Origin: Bigelowiella natans CCMP2755 | Taxonomy: Eukaryota; Protista; Cercozoa | DNA: 64,000 nucleotides | Assembly: GCA_000320545.1 (NCBI GenBank) | Contig: ADNK01000483.1 | Coordinates: forward strand, 16,832-80,831 | Direction of reading: 5' to 3' | In this document: positions 26,350 through 38,858 of the stretch, piece after piece | Layout of the letters: every line of letters starts with the position of its first letter | Position numbering within the stretch: the stretch's first letter is position 1 | The notes under the pieces: model-generated | The model's input: only the letters and a program-made list of their open reading frames with translations | What the model was told of the DNA's origin: nothing | The model's database searches: none | Program-made: the position numbers and the translations under genes

Positions 26350-26890
26350 AAGAGATTCTTGTGTCGCTTGCTTATAATTTTGGACAAACTACGCGCCAAT
26401 GTGCTGCTGCGGTCACTTCATGAGAATGTGCGCGCACGACAAAACGTCACGACCGAGGTATACTTATTTCGTAACAAAGTTCGATCATCCACTTTTTGTC
26501 GTCACGCAACAATCGAGACACGTGCTGAGTGCACACGTACTGCATGGGCAAGCGAGTGAGCTGCGCAAAAAGCGCGGTTGGCGAAATTGAGCATATACCG
26601 CCCGTCCCCAGCCGCATTATGGTGTCGCTGCAAGACAGGTGTAATTAATCAATTATATTTGTCGCTGTGTATGCATAATTTGCTCATATGCGGAGCTGCC
26701 AGTGCCACGTGCACAAACAGGTTAGATTTTGTTTGTAGACACTCAGCACCCAACGCAGCTGCGATGCAGTTTTCAAAATCATTCTGTCATCGGTCATTAT
26801 GGATCAACATCTAGACGCTCTATACACATCCAGCTAAGCATTGCGCACTGTCCAATGAAGTGCATGCGTGCCTAACAACATCTAGCTAGC
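26350..26890. other. Palindrome- and RY-rich intergenic tract T4 (convergent junction helicase / ubiquitin pseudogene)
   Basis: gtgcacacgtactgcatg, ccacgtgcac, gtgcatgc, tctagctagc. Confidence 0.6.
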
Positions 26891-27303
26891 AGATATTCCA
26901 AGATGGTAAACTGACCAACGGTCCTCCAGCTTAGCCTTGTTGAAGACAAGACCCGTTTGGTCAATAGAAAAGTACGAGTACTTGACCTTTGACAACTTCT
27001 GCTTCACAGTTTTGATGGTGTCCAAAGAATCGACGTCCAAAGTGATCGTTTCGCCGGCAATGGAATTCTTCACAATTAATTACATAGATACTCCTCCAAG
27101 ACGAAGAACGAGGTGAAGGGTCGACTCCTTCTGGATCTTGTAGTCTGCCAGGGTGCGACCGTCCTCGAGCTGCTTACCATCGAAGATGAGACGCTGCTGA
27201 TCAGATGGAAATTTTTCATCCTTGTCATGGAGCTTCTGCTTCACAGTTTGGATGGCATCTGAAGAGTCGACGTCCAAAGTGATCTCTTCACAAGGATTTG
27301 CAC
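26882..27303 (-). pseudogene. Tandem two-unit ubiquitin / ubiquitin-like pseudogene
   Basis: Unit 1 reads VQILVK, then a frameshifting deletion, then ITLDVDSSD...[38 protein letters not shown]. Unit 2 starts M-stop (ATG TAA in place of MQ), continues LIVKNSIAGETITLDVDS... and is truncated after HLGISAS. Confidence 0.85.
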
Positions 27304-27691
27304 GAAATCCTCCTCTGCAGCTCCATCGATGGTGCCGGAAGAAGGAATCCAGGAAATGCAGGAAATCCTAGGAAATGTCGAAGAAGACAAATCTCGACGG
27401 AAATCGATTGAAATCCTCCGAAATCCCCTGTGTTTTAAACACTCAGATCGATGCTCAGGCGAGCTGGTAATCATAAATTGTACATTAAATGAATAGATCT
27501 AGGACGGACTTCTCTCGATGTTTCCTGCGTGAAACACGAGACATGTGGTAAATTACCAATTTCCTGGCAAAACCGTCTGTCTCCCCGATGTTTTCCCCTG
27601 CATTTTACTGTTTGTTTGGTTAGGCCCAGATTACAGGCACTCGTCACCGGTCGAAAGAAAAGTGGCGGAGGGGAGGAGCCAGAAGCAGGAG

Positions 27692-30204
27692 ATGGCGGAT
27701 AAGCTCACCATGACGAGTCAGTTTTTAACCTACCTAGGCTGTAACCTTTTTGGTTGGTTTTCTCTTCGAGCAGGGACCATTATATGTGTCTAGGCTGCCA
27801 CTTCGCCACGATGATCAATAATGACATATTTGTTTGACATCCAACACGAAGGCGCCGAATTGGCGGCGGCAGGGAAGCTCTCGCTACTCTTTGCTCGGAT
27901 TCCAATAGGAACCGATGTGAAAGGAAACCGTCTCGAAGAGCACACAGCAGCTATGTACGATAACCGTCCTTTTTCTTCAGAAATATCAACTTATTTCAAC
28001 ATTTTTTTCCCAGGAAACTTGCTGAAATGGTTCAAGTATCTGCTCCACCGACGTCTCACCATATGATTATGGTAGAGAAAAAATTGGCTGAAGAATCACT
28101 GGAGAATAAGAGCTGTCCGCACACAAAGTACAGGGATGCGGTTATGCGGTATGACAAGGTGTTGCGGGATGCTCTCGGATTTTCTGAACAGATCTCTAAG
28201 AGTCTAACAAGCCTCAATGAGAATTATCTTGATGTTTCAAAGAAAACTAGTACAGTAGACACTAATTGTCAGACATTGCTGAAAGAACAGGAAGCGCTGA
28301 CGTCTACGGCCAACGAGTTGAAAAGCAAGCTCAAGTTTTTCAACAAAGCGCATCAGCTATCTTCTCAGCTGAAAACAAACGAAATGGCAATGAAGCTTGT
28401 CACCAGTCCGAACTTACACGAAACTATTAAGGGGCTCGAAGTAGCAATGAATTTCATGCTCAAGAACTCTGAATGGAAGGAGGCTCGCAAGTATCACGGA
28501 GTGTTCGTGAGGCTCCAGGAAAGGCTCTTCAATGCAGTGAAGTCCCACTTCGTGTCTCAACTTCGAGGGGCTGTGGCGTCGCTACGCCAACAAGCACGTA
28601 TAGACAAAACTGAGATCAAAATGTCTTCCGCAAAGGCGTTTATCGAGTTCCAGGCTGTAGCCACGAAGCTGGAGCCCTTAATACATTCAATACAAACCAA
28701 ATCGGCAAACTCAGCGCAGTATCGTACCCTCTTGGCACAATTATACCAATCTTTTGCCCAATATCGACTCAAGTTGCTTCGAGGTGAAGTGGAAGCTGAG
28801 TGGAGGAAGGAAATCAATTCACTAGAGCTCCCCTCCGCTGTGCGAGTTGGCTGCACTAATATTATCAATGTTCTCACCTACGAATTCCAGCTCTTCGAGC
28901 ATTTTTTCGAGATGAAGAAAGAGGCGAGGCCTGTACTCGACAGTCTGCTGTCTTCACTCTCAACAATAATATATACTGGACTAAGACCCATTCTCATCCA
29001 GGAACTTGATCTTGAGCCAATAGCCGAAGCCATCCAGATACTCAAGAATGATTTATTAGAGCAGCAAGTAAAACCGCGCGGAGAATCTCTTGGGGCACTC
29101 ATCCCTGTCACCTCGCGACTACTCACCGATATGCAATTGCGTCTAGCTTATCGCGCCCAGATATATATCAACGAACAGATTGCGTGCTTCGAGCCTTCCA
29201 CTTCTGACCTCGACTACCCTGATTGCTTAGTGCAGAAAAAAGAAGTTAAGAAGAATGCGCCAACAGAGAAGGGGGAAGCCACCGAGGAAGTGAAGGGGAA
29301 CGCAGATAAAAGCCTCCACTCAAAGCTTGAGGGTGATGTCTCGTACCCAACGCTTCGAAAGACAGTAATGTGTCTTTTCAAGCTACGGGAGTGCGTTGAG
29401 GCAGGGGCATTTAGTCACTTAGCCCACGAGGCTATCACTCATTGCACGAACTCTTTGAGGAGCGCCAGTGTCATCATTAACAATAGGAAAGGTTCGATAC
29501 ACGGACACCTATTTCTCATAAAGTTCCTACTCGTTTTACGATCTCAAATATCAGTATTGAACATTAGCCGCCACCATCAGAGTCAACTAGATTTCTCGCA
29601 TATGAAGGATGTGATATCAAGCTTAGTTGCCGGTAGTGCATCTTTGCAGTCGCTACTTAGAGATGGAACCCCAAATATCGTCAAACGTGAAGTAAATGCT
29701 AAGAAAATGCTTGAAGCTCAGCTGAAACTCACGTGCGAACATCTCATCACGCGCCAAAGCGATGTTTTGGTGGGCGATCTGGCTTATGCGCTGCAGGATC
29801 TGAAACAAGCGAATGCTACAGCTCGGGCTAAAGAAAAGGGAAATGAAGAAGAATACGACGAGGATAACTTCAAGAAGGCTGCAGAAGTGCTCCGAAGGAT
29901 GATTTTAGATGAAGAAGATAAAACCTCGAAGCCAACATCAACCCCACGCACAAAATTAACAGGAACAAAGAAAAAATCGCAAAGAGGATTGAAAGGGGGT
30001 TTAAGCCACTTAGCCAAAAATTTGAGAGTTTATTTGAAAAACAAGAACATGGAGAGGATGCTTCTTGATCCTGTTTGCGGAAATGTTAAGAAAGTGCTCT
30101 TAAACGCTCGTGAGCTCATTAGTAAGAGTAAGCGTCCGGAGGCAAAAAGAATGCTCTCAGACCTTTTACAGCTTGAATCTGAAGTAATAACGATGTTTCA
30201 ATAA
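27692..30204 (+). CDS. COG3: Conserved oligomeric Golgi complex subunit 3 (Sec34)
   Basis: Long exon with DMQLRLAYRAQIYI, PSTSDLDYP, YPTLRKTVMCLFKL, LAHEAI...CTNSL and HGHLFLIKFLLVLRSQI. Short 5' exons from 27692 are inferred. Confidence 0.9.
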
Positions 30205-30419
30205 TCTTCAACATGATTAAAAATCGAGCTCAAGCTCGGCTCAGCGTTCACTAATGAGATTTCGATCAATGATGAGATTAACAGGCTTGGATTTGTGAGA
30301 TGCTATGTGGCATGAAAATTGTGAATCTGAACGATTCTAGGTAGGTTAGCGATATTAATATGGTCCATGATAGTGAACATGCATTTTAACCACCCTCATT
30401 GTAAATAACACGTATCACC

Positions 30420-30940
30420 GTATGAGCTGCCGGAGTCTGTCTATGGACAGGATGCACTATTTCTAGACTTTTGCGATCGATCGATGTGCACAGTCCTGAT
30501 TTAGCATGATGTTTTCAATGTCCATGTTGCGTGTCACCGCACCGTGCGATCCATACTGAGCCTGCACAATCTTCGCAACATTCTATGCCAGCTGTTGATG
30601 CTGCAGTGCTGTTCTATCCGAAGATCTTAACTTCTCGTGCTGCGCGGCGTACGCATGAACACACGCTACAGCACGTACGTGTTGCCAGACGTCATCATTG
30701 TGCTCGATTCGGAACACATGATCGTGCGGCACATCGACCATGTGTTGATGAGGTTACTTTCAACTTATGATAGGCTAAGATTTTCGCATTATCCACAGCA
30801 CTAAGATTTTTAGTTGCGTGACATTTTTCAAGTACATGCCATAGACAAGTCAGCATTAGCATGTAGCGACAAATTGAAATAGACAAAGTGCGCATCGTCA
30901 ATCATTTACCACAGCTCTCGATGACTAGTTCACAGTCATG
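30420..30940. other. Palindrome- and RY-rich intergenic tract T5 (convergent junction COG3 / small TM gene)
   Basis: cgatcgatcgatgtgcaca, gcacgtacgt, acatgatcgtg, gactagt. Confidence 0.6.
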
Positions 30941-30949
30941 CTCGGTTTT

Positions 30950-31222
30950 TTAGGAATGCCTTTCTAGGAGGGGCCTCAATATTGCAAGATTACGTGCATG
31001 GGTAGCGACACTGGCTCCGGTGGTTTCAGCAGTATTTACAGCTAGATCGGCTATCTTCTCTATATAGAGATAAATAGCAGCTACTACCACAGAGAACGCA
31101 ACGCAGCATATGAAAACCGCCCACATAAGACCAAAGACTTCCCACAGTGCCCCAATTTTTATGCCCTGCCGCCGGGCGTTCTTCGGGGAACTCTTCTTCA
31201 CTTTTACCAGCGTATCCGCCAT
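30950..31222 (-). CDS. Small 90-aa single-pass membrane protein, unknown function
   Basis: ATG-started intronless ORF with a basic N-terminus and one long hydrophobic segment. It sits head-to-head with the next gene and is followed by a T-type tract. Confidence 0.55.
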   Translation of the reverse strand: MADTLVKVKKSSPKNARRQGIKIGALWEVFGLMWAVFICCVAFSVVVAAIYLYIEKIADLAVNTAETTGASVATHARNLAILRPLLERHS

Positions 31223-31721
31223 GTCGGGGTCCTAATAATGTAATTTGGTAAAGTCAAAATATTATCCATGAAGTTAACCATAATTTAACTGCAAATAAGA
31301 ATGAAATCTTCTTTATCATGCTCCATCAAGCTGGGAAGGGTGGGGCGGGTTGACCATCGTCGAGACTTGGTATTCTGCTACCGGAAAGGTGAATAGAAGA
31401 AATGCAATCTGTTTTACATGTACGTCTTGTGATATCTGGATATTCCGATTATTTAAAATTAAATCTGACGTTTAATGAAAATCCCGTTCATTTTTAGTGT
31501 TCACTCGGTGATATCGGGATTTTTCAAAAGTTTTTCCTGAAGAAAATCTCGGCACCTCCCGCCCCAAAAATTTGAATTTGGATTAGTGGCTTCTGGACGA
31601 CCTCTAGCCGGTTGCACCTATGCGTGTGCATTGGTAGAAACGGACCGCTACCCAAAGGAAAGAACAGAAAGAGCTTTTATTGGAACAGTTTTCACGTATA
31701 AGTGGAAGGTGGAGAGGGGAA

Positions 31722-32730
31722 ATGAAGACGATTTTTGGAAGTATTCTTCTGGTTTGCCTCCTGGCTTGCTTCTCCAATGCGGAAGAGATGGGAGGGGATC
31801 CGAAAAAAAATATGGAGCAGGAGACTAATAAGGCAGCCAAAGCAGCAGGGGTATAACTACGCATTCAACCACCTTCTGCTTTTCGGCGCCCTCTCGTTGG
31901 TTGCTGATTTGTATATATATTTGAAGATTGATTCCAGGATGATGGAAGCTATGATTGGAAACATGGACAAGCAACTTGATGCAACGATAGGAAAAGTTTC
32001 GGTGAGTTTCACGTTCGCCTCGAAGAGACGTAGCACCGTTAGTTTGCAAGCAATGCCGTGTAGCTGATCGAAATATGAAGATCTCTGTGTACATGTGATA
32101 ATTCAGGGAGGGACTAACGGAGTGCCCGAAAGCGTGCTCAGTGGTAGTACGTCCTCTTTCCAAAATCCGTCGCTTCCACAGCACGTACAGCTGACGCAGC
32201 AAGGCAAGGGGGTCGTTGTTGCAAATACCGTGAAGTCTCTGCATGCGTTACCCGGTGGCCCAAACGACAAGGATGCGGCACTCGGAATACCTACCCCCAC
32301 CGGATTTCTGGACCTGGTAGAATCAAGGCTCACCCCCAAGCAAGAGACGTACAAACAGCTACTGATGCGCTACATGGAGATGGTAAGTTATCTGCTGAAG
32401 CTTATTAGAAATGTTGTGGAAATGAATATCTCTTCTACTTTGGGTGGATTTTGAAAGTGAATACGATCACGATGATGGTGATGATGGTGATGATGCTATG
32501 CAAGGAGGATGTGTCTTTTTACCTGTTGCTAGAGTGTTGTGGTGGTGGTGGTGGTTGCACCCGCGAAAAGTTCAGAAAGCTGTGTTGGTTTGTTTTCCTT
32601 CTCATTTTGATTAACATGAAAAGGCCAAAATGGCAGCCCGGAAGGCGGAGGGGCTGATTGTAGGAACCAAGACTGAACTTGCGGCTCTGGTGCAGCGGTA
32701 AATAAAATAGAACTAATTTGTTCATCTCCC

Positions 32731-32785
<55 letters not shown>

Positions 32786-35700
32786 TGGATGGAGGGGAGG
32801 GGTAATTATTGCTAAGAGCTCTGTTTGAAGGGCCGTCATGTAGATGATGATAGAAAAATAACTCATGCCTTATTCTCTTCGCTATGTCTAACTCCCCATT
32901 CCTCTTCTTCTTCTCCTCCTCCTCCTCCTCCCCCGCCCTCTTCCTTCATCTCCTCTATTTCTTTCTGATTCTAGATTGAGAAAGGAGAAGACCGAGCTCC
33001 TTCAATGGTTGCATAAGGAAGAACAGGTAATACTTGAGGGGGGGGAGGAGTATCCAGCAGCTGAAAGCTCTCGTGAGCGATATTTGAATATCTGAATAAT
33101 ACATGAGTGAGGCACTTCCTACAGTATTGTTTCAATACTCTCACTACTGCTGCTGCTCTAACGAATCAATCCACACAACGTGTTGTCCGTTGTGTTTTGT
33201 CTTTCCAAGTGAGATGAATACACACTCCTTTGTTCTGCTCGTCAGAATGCGCTGCACAAGATCGAGTCTCAGGAGGCACTCACAGATACGATTAAGTCAC
33301 AGATAGAGGTAGTGTCTGAAAGGGGGGAGGAGGATGGATGCATCCTGGCCAAAGTTGTTCTTGTCGATCTCCTTGCTGATGGGGCGCTATGGCTCATGTA
33401 CTCATTTATTTCTCTCAGTACCTACAAAAAGCATATAATCAAGCGATGTCCAAAGCCGACACCTACCTGAAACAGATACAGGTAGTAATAGGAGAGGAGG
33501 GGATAGTATTCGGAGGGGTTCTTCCCTCCTTTTGCTCGTTTTTTGGCTGCTTTTCTGTCGATTTTTCCATTCTTTCTTCCCTCCCAGGATGATAATGTTT
33601 GCTCGTTTGTGTCTAGGGAGTGGGTTGTTGGTTTGGTCAACGTCCCTTCTCTCGCCCCACTCCTGCCACGTGCCCCGTGCCCCGTTCATGGCATTTTCCA
33701 ATGGTGATGACAATGATACGTTATTCGTAGCACATCGAGGTCCAGAGGAGATTGCAGACGACACCTCCGTTCAATGAAGCCGTTACTAAGGTGCTGATGC
33801 GCTGCAGCAGCGAAAGCCAAACACTAATCTGGCGACCAATATCATCAATACAGTATTCTCCTTGCTCATTCCCCTCCTCCACTCTCCCTCCTTTTTCCCT
33901 TAGATTTCTCTTTCGGAGGAGCAATATATGGACTCTCTGACAGAGCTAAATCATTGGTGAGGGTGCTGATAGAGGAAGAAGAAGAAGAAGAACTGAAAAC
34001 CCGATTTGTTTGTTTTAAAAAGTGCCTTCCAGTATCTGTATCGCTGTGTAAATGAAACTGTGTATTTTTTGTGTTTAAAAAAATTCAGGCGTGAAGCAGC
34101 GATCGAGATCGCAAAGCAAGCTAAGGAGGGGTATGTTCTCGTAGTTAGTGTCGCCGACGTCGTCGTCATTATTCTCGTTCGGGGGCAAGGAGGAAATTTA
34201 CATCACAACGGCAAATAATAGGATTAAGAGACGAGGGGGGGAGGATACGTAATAGTACATCCTCGCGTTGAAAAGTTGATTGGTGTTGGCCATGTTGCCT
34301 GTCGCACGCCTCCTCCTCAAACAATCCCCATTGCTCTCTCACATGAACTTCTTCTTCGTTTGTTTTCAAGATTTGAATTCCTTCTCTCTTCTCAGTTACC
34401 AAAGAAGGGAAGTTGCTATCCAAGAACTCACGCAGTACGACGAGAAAGACGAATAACGACGATGACCACAGCCTTTTATCTTAAAACTTTCCGCGATATG
34501 CGCACCTGCGAGCTGCTTGCATATTTCAATCTGGCGTGGCATTCGTAGAGAAATAGTGATTGGGTAGGGAGTAGAAAGGGGGGGGGGGGGCAATTTTACT
34601 TTGGCGTAAGTCATTAATGCAAAGATACACATTCGTGCACAGATGGTCAATCTTTCGTCATGGTATTCATCGTTATCATCATCATTATCATTATCATGAT
34701 CATGATCATCATTTTTGGAAAAAAAGATGGTGTAAGGCATCTCGCCAGAGGCTGGATGCATGGATCCATCACCAGCAGATTCAGATTACGCAGAAGCTAC
34801 TTGCAGGTAGGAGGCGGTAGGAGGACAATAGCTGTTAGCTGTCCTGTAGCTAACACGCATCTCTATGGTTCCCTCATTATGCTTTCCTCCTCCTCCTCCT
34901 CCTCCGCCTCCTCGTCTTCTCACTGTTTCCTTCTTGTCATCGTTGTTCACGCTTGTTCTGCTGGACCTCCTTCTTCTCTTTTCAGGCAAAGCTGCAGTCG
35001 ACCATATGAAGCGGGAGCTTGATGGCCTGAAGCACATTATCGAAGACGCGAAGGTGCCCGCGGACGCCTTGCCACACGCACACGCACACGCACAGTTAGT
35101 AGTTACAATTCGGAATGTTTTGAATCACATCGCTGACTTGTCTTCTCCGCCTCCTCTCCCTCCCCCCAACCAACCACTCCTCGCTCCTCCTCCTCCTCTT
35201 CCTGTTCGCAAGGAGCATGAGGAAATCTACAACACCTCTCTGGAGCGGCTTCGCGTGTCCGGAAAGGTACGGAAGTAAAGGAGAATAGGATGAGCAGCAG
35301 CAAGGAGGGGGGGAGGGGGGTAGAAGATACGTAGCAATGTGTTAGCTCTTCGTGTCGGGAGGAGCGTGTAAAACGTCAAAAAGGATGAAGATGACGACGA
35401 AGGAGAGCAACATATATGATAAGAGAATAAACTATTGTTAATGAATATCAGGTCGGAACACTAGAGGCGGTGCTGGGAGCTTCAATGCAGCAGGTGAGTA
35501 GAATCAAGAGAAGAGGGAGGAGGAGGAGGAGGAGGAGGAGGAGGAGAAGACACCCGCCAACACACATGCTCCACTGACTCCTCCTGCCATCTTCAGTCTT
35601 CCCCCCCCCCAACCCCCCCATCTCTCTTTCTCGCTCGCTTTTGCTCTGTTCTCTAAATCCCTTTCCAATGGCACAGGAGGCATTGATACAGGCACGTGCC

Positions 35701-36496
35701 CACACACTCAAGAGCACCACCACTGAGGTCGGATATACATGTGTATTGCTGCGGAATTCGGAAGCGCACGCCCTTCCCTACCAAAAATGATTCAAATATT
35801 TACAGTAGGAGTTAAGAGGAGGAAGGGGGGGGGGGGAGGAGGGTTAGAAATAATCGGTCTGAAAATCGAAAGGTGAACAACGTAAAAAGCTCACATCATT
35901 GATCTCCTCCTCCCTGTTCTTGGGTGCTGCCGTTGTTCTGCACAGGTCAAACGTCGTCTGGACGCCCTTACAGAGCATCTGGCCAATCTTGGCGGTTAGT
36001 AGTAGTAGTAGTGATAGTTGTAGTGGTTGCAGTTGTGATGGTGAATAAGGTGGGTGAGTACGGGGAGGACCCACGATCGATCCTAATGCCTCCTCCTCCC
36101 CCCTCTCACACGCAAATGTCCTGCAGTGTTTGGCCTGATCCTGCTGCCCTCTCCCTCGGCACGAGTGAGGATGATGATGAATGATGAGTGATGGTAATTG
36201 TGCAGGCCCCATCGCTCAGTCTCCCAGACCTCCTCCTGCAGAGTGGGGCCAGTACTTGACTTCTCTCCCCGTTCCTGTCGTCGACCCGCATCTGCAAGCC
36301 GCCGGCGCGGTGGTGGCTGCGAAAGGTGTCAGGCCTGTTCGGGCAGTTGCTGCTGCACTGCCTCATCCTGCTGTTCTGCATCATCCTTTGCCTCACCCCC
36401 CCGCTCTCGGTACGTACGTCGCACGCCCTAGCTAGCGGGGAAATATCGCTATGCATTGCAAAGAGACAACACCAACCATCTATTCGCTTCATTGGC

Positions 36497-36542
<46 letters not shown>

Positions 36543-36593
36543 ACGTACATTTGCGTGCACAGATATTTGAAGTATGATGTAAATACTTACACG

Positions 36594-36644
<51 letters not shown>

Positions 36645-36906
36645 CCTATATAAGACCTTAATCATGTGAATGCGTGGTTTTGCATGTTGGTTCCTTTTGT
36701 CTTCTGTTACTTCTCTGTGACCATCAGCACATGCAGTCGCCGGGCAGAAACAGGCCACGGCATTCCCGCCAGTGCCGACTCTTGACGACGATTTCGGTAT
36801 GAGGCTCAGCAATGATAGTAGTAACTTGCATCCTTCTCACGCGTTCTACGCACTCATATCAAAATGGTGCTCATCTTCTTCAGGTGCCGATGACCTCGAT
36901 GGATGA
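31722..36906 (+). CDS. Secreted or luminal coiled-coil protein of unknown function, many short exons
   Basis: Signal peptide MKTIFGSILLVCLLACFSNA. Heptad-like exons LRKEKTELLQWLHKEEQ, YLQKAYNQAMSKADTYLKQIQ, VDHMKRELDGLKHIIEDAK and VKRRLDALTEHLANL. Pro-rich exon, then C-terminus DDDF/GADDLDG*. Confidence 0.65.
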
Positions 36907-36989
36907 GCAACAACTGCATAGCCGCGGTTGTTTCATGTTGACAATGCTAGACGAACGGGGAAGCGCTGCTGCCTCGCTGTCTCGATGAT

Positions 36990-37600
36990 GAATTGTGCTG
37001 TGCGTTAGAGACGTAATGCAATCCTACGATCAGCCACAGCAAGCTAGCTAGCTGTGGGACATTTGGACATACACGCTCTTTTCCTACCTAGCTAGCTACC
37101 TGTCCGGTCGATTGACATCTATATGTGTTGATTGCTCTAATGATCGTGAAGAAACAGAGCAGACGATCACATTCTAGCCATTGCACCATGCTAGCTAGCT
37201 AGCATGCTATGCATAGCGCGTGCGGTGGTTTCGTAGTGTACGACTCGATGCGTATGCGCTAGCATGGTGTACCGTCATTGCATGATGCCGAGATACGCTA
37301 TGTAGAATCTATCACTAGATCATCCCGTTCCATAAGCCATCTACGTGTGTTATGTAAATTTTGTACGGCCGCGACGGGAAGCGTGTAGTTGCAGGCGCAT
37401 GCATGAATTTGTAGTGATGATGATTTTGTTATGCTACACATTAGTTGTGTGGCTATGACATCGTGCATCGGCGCTACATCCGAGTTAGCCGCAATCGATG
37501 CGATATGACGCTGCAACGATGCGCCACTACACATCCAGCAGCATGCATGCGTTGGCCATGTCGGAATATCGATCGTGGAATGTACAGATTGAAGTCCTTG
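36990..37600. other. Palindrome- and RY-rich intergenic tract T6 (convergent junction coiled-coil / sulfotransferase)
   Basis: Perfect 20-bp palindrome CATGCTAGCTAGCTAGCATG at 37187-37206, plus agctagctagct, gcatgcatgc and atcgat. Confidence 0.72.
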
Positions 37601-37665
37601 CCACCGCTCAGTCCTCGATCTATAGCTCCTCCTGCTGATTATTATTGCCACAGCATATATAGGGC

Positions 37666-38159
37666 TTAGATTTCTTGACGAGCCGCTGTAGCCAGTTTGA
37701 ACGCCAACTGCATTTTGCGTTCCGACGGATAGTGAGAAGGGAAGTGTTTTGGGGCACACCAGCCATCGCTGCCGTGTAGTTCCGCCTCTGTTTCTAGCAT
37801 CGCGATGCTGTAGTTTTCTACGTTGTCGCCGTCGTCATCGTGGCTGCCCGTCACATCACCTTCACCAGCCTCTTTCTCGTCCATGAATTGTCCAGTGTGC
37901 AGCACGGACACACTACTACCCCGCTTGCTCCCCGACTCAACGATCAAGCTGCTTCTGTGTTTGCCACCGTTAGAGGGAGGAGAGGACGACGAGGAGGACG
38001 GGAGACCATCATCCATGAACTTGACCAGATCGGCTAGCGGCGTGTTGGTTTCCAGAGCCTTCCTCGTTCCCTCCCAGTCAGCAACGAGCTCTCCGATCGC
38101 TCCTGCGTTGCACAGAATGAAAGTAATGGCCATAGAATTGGTGGGGGCAGTAGCAGCAG

Positions 38160-38199
<40 letters not shown>

Positions 38200-38819
38200 G
38201 AAAAAGCGTAAGGAGGAGGAGGAGGAGGATGGTTATGATTAAGGGCCAATACAGCAATGGTGAATACACAGACAGCACACACACGTCCTCATCATCACCA
38301 CCACCACCACCATTAGCGTCATCCGGCAAGAAGCAATTCCTTGCCGTACCCTCCACCTCACCTTGATGCAGTTTCTGGTACACTCCCAGCGACATCTTGC
38401 TAGCTTGGTCGTCGACACCGATGAAGTTCTGTATTGCCTCAAGATACCGAGATGGATCCTCCGCAAGGTCCTGCAGTAGAAAAGGTGGGTTAGTTGTTGA
38501 AGACAGGAGGAAGGGGATAACGATGAGTAGATAATGATGATGATGATGATGATGATGATGATAGTGATGACTAATGGCAATGATGAGGATGAAAAAGATG
38601 AAAATAGCAAATGAAACACCTCGTAAGCCAGGAATAGAGAGTTCTTTGCCATTTTATGGATTCTCCTCAAGATAAGAGCCTTACCCGCCCACCTGCGGAA
38701 GGATGATAAATTACAGCAAAAATCAAACAGAACTTGTTCGTTTTTTAATGTAGTAATAGTAATGGTGTGGGACTGCGCTCGAGAGATTCTTTGAGATATA
38801 AAACTTATGTGCACACACG

Positions 38820-38858
<39 letters not shown>

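Noticed and set aside
27280-27295. 19-nt gap in ubiquitin unit 1 relative to unit 2, resembling a nucleomorph-size (18-21 nt) intron
   Set aside because: The missing segment is coding in unit 2, has no GT-AG ends, and its loss causes a frameshift; it is a simple deletion.
31833-31926. Apparent GC-AG intron in the coiled-coil gene
   Set aside because: An in-phase GT donor (GGG|gtataa) lies 18 nt downstream and explains the junction.
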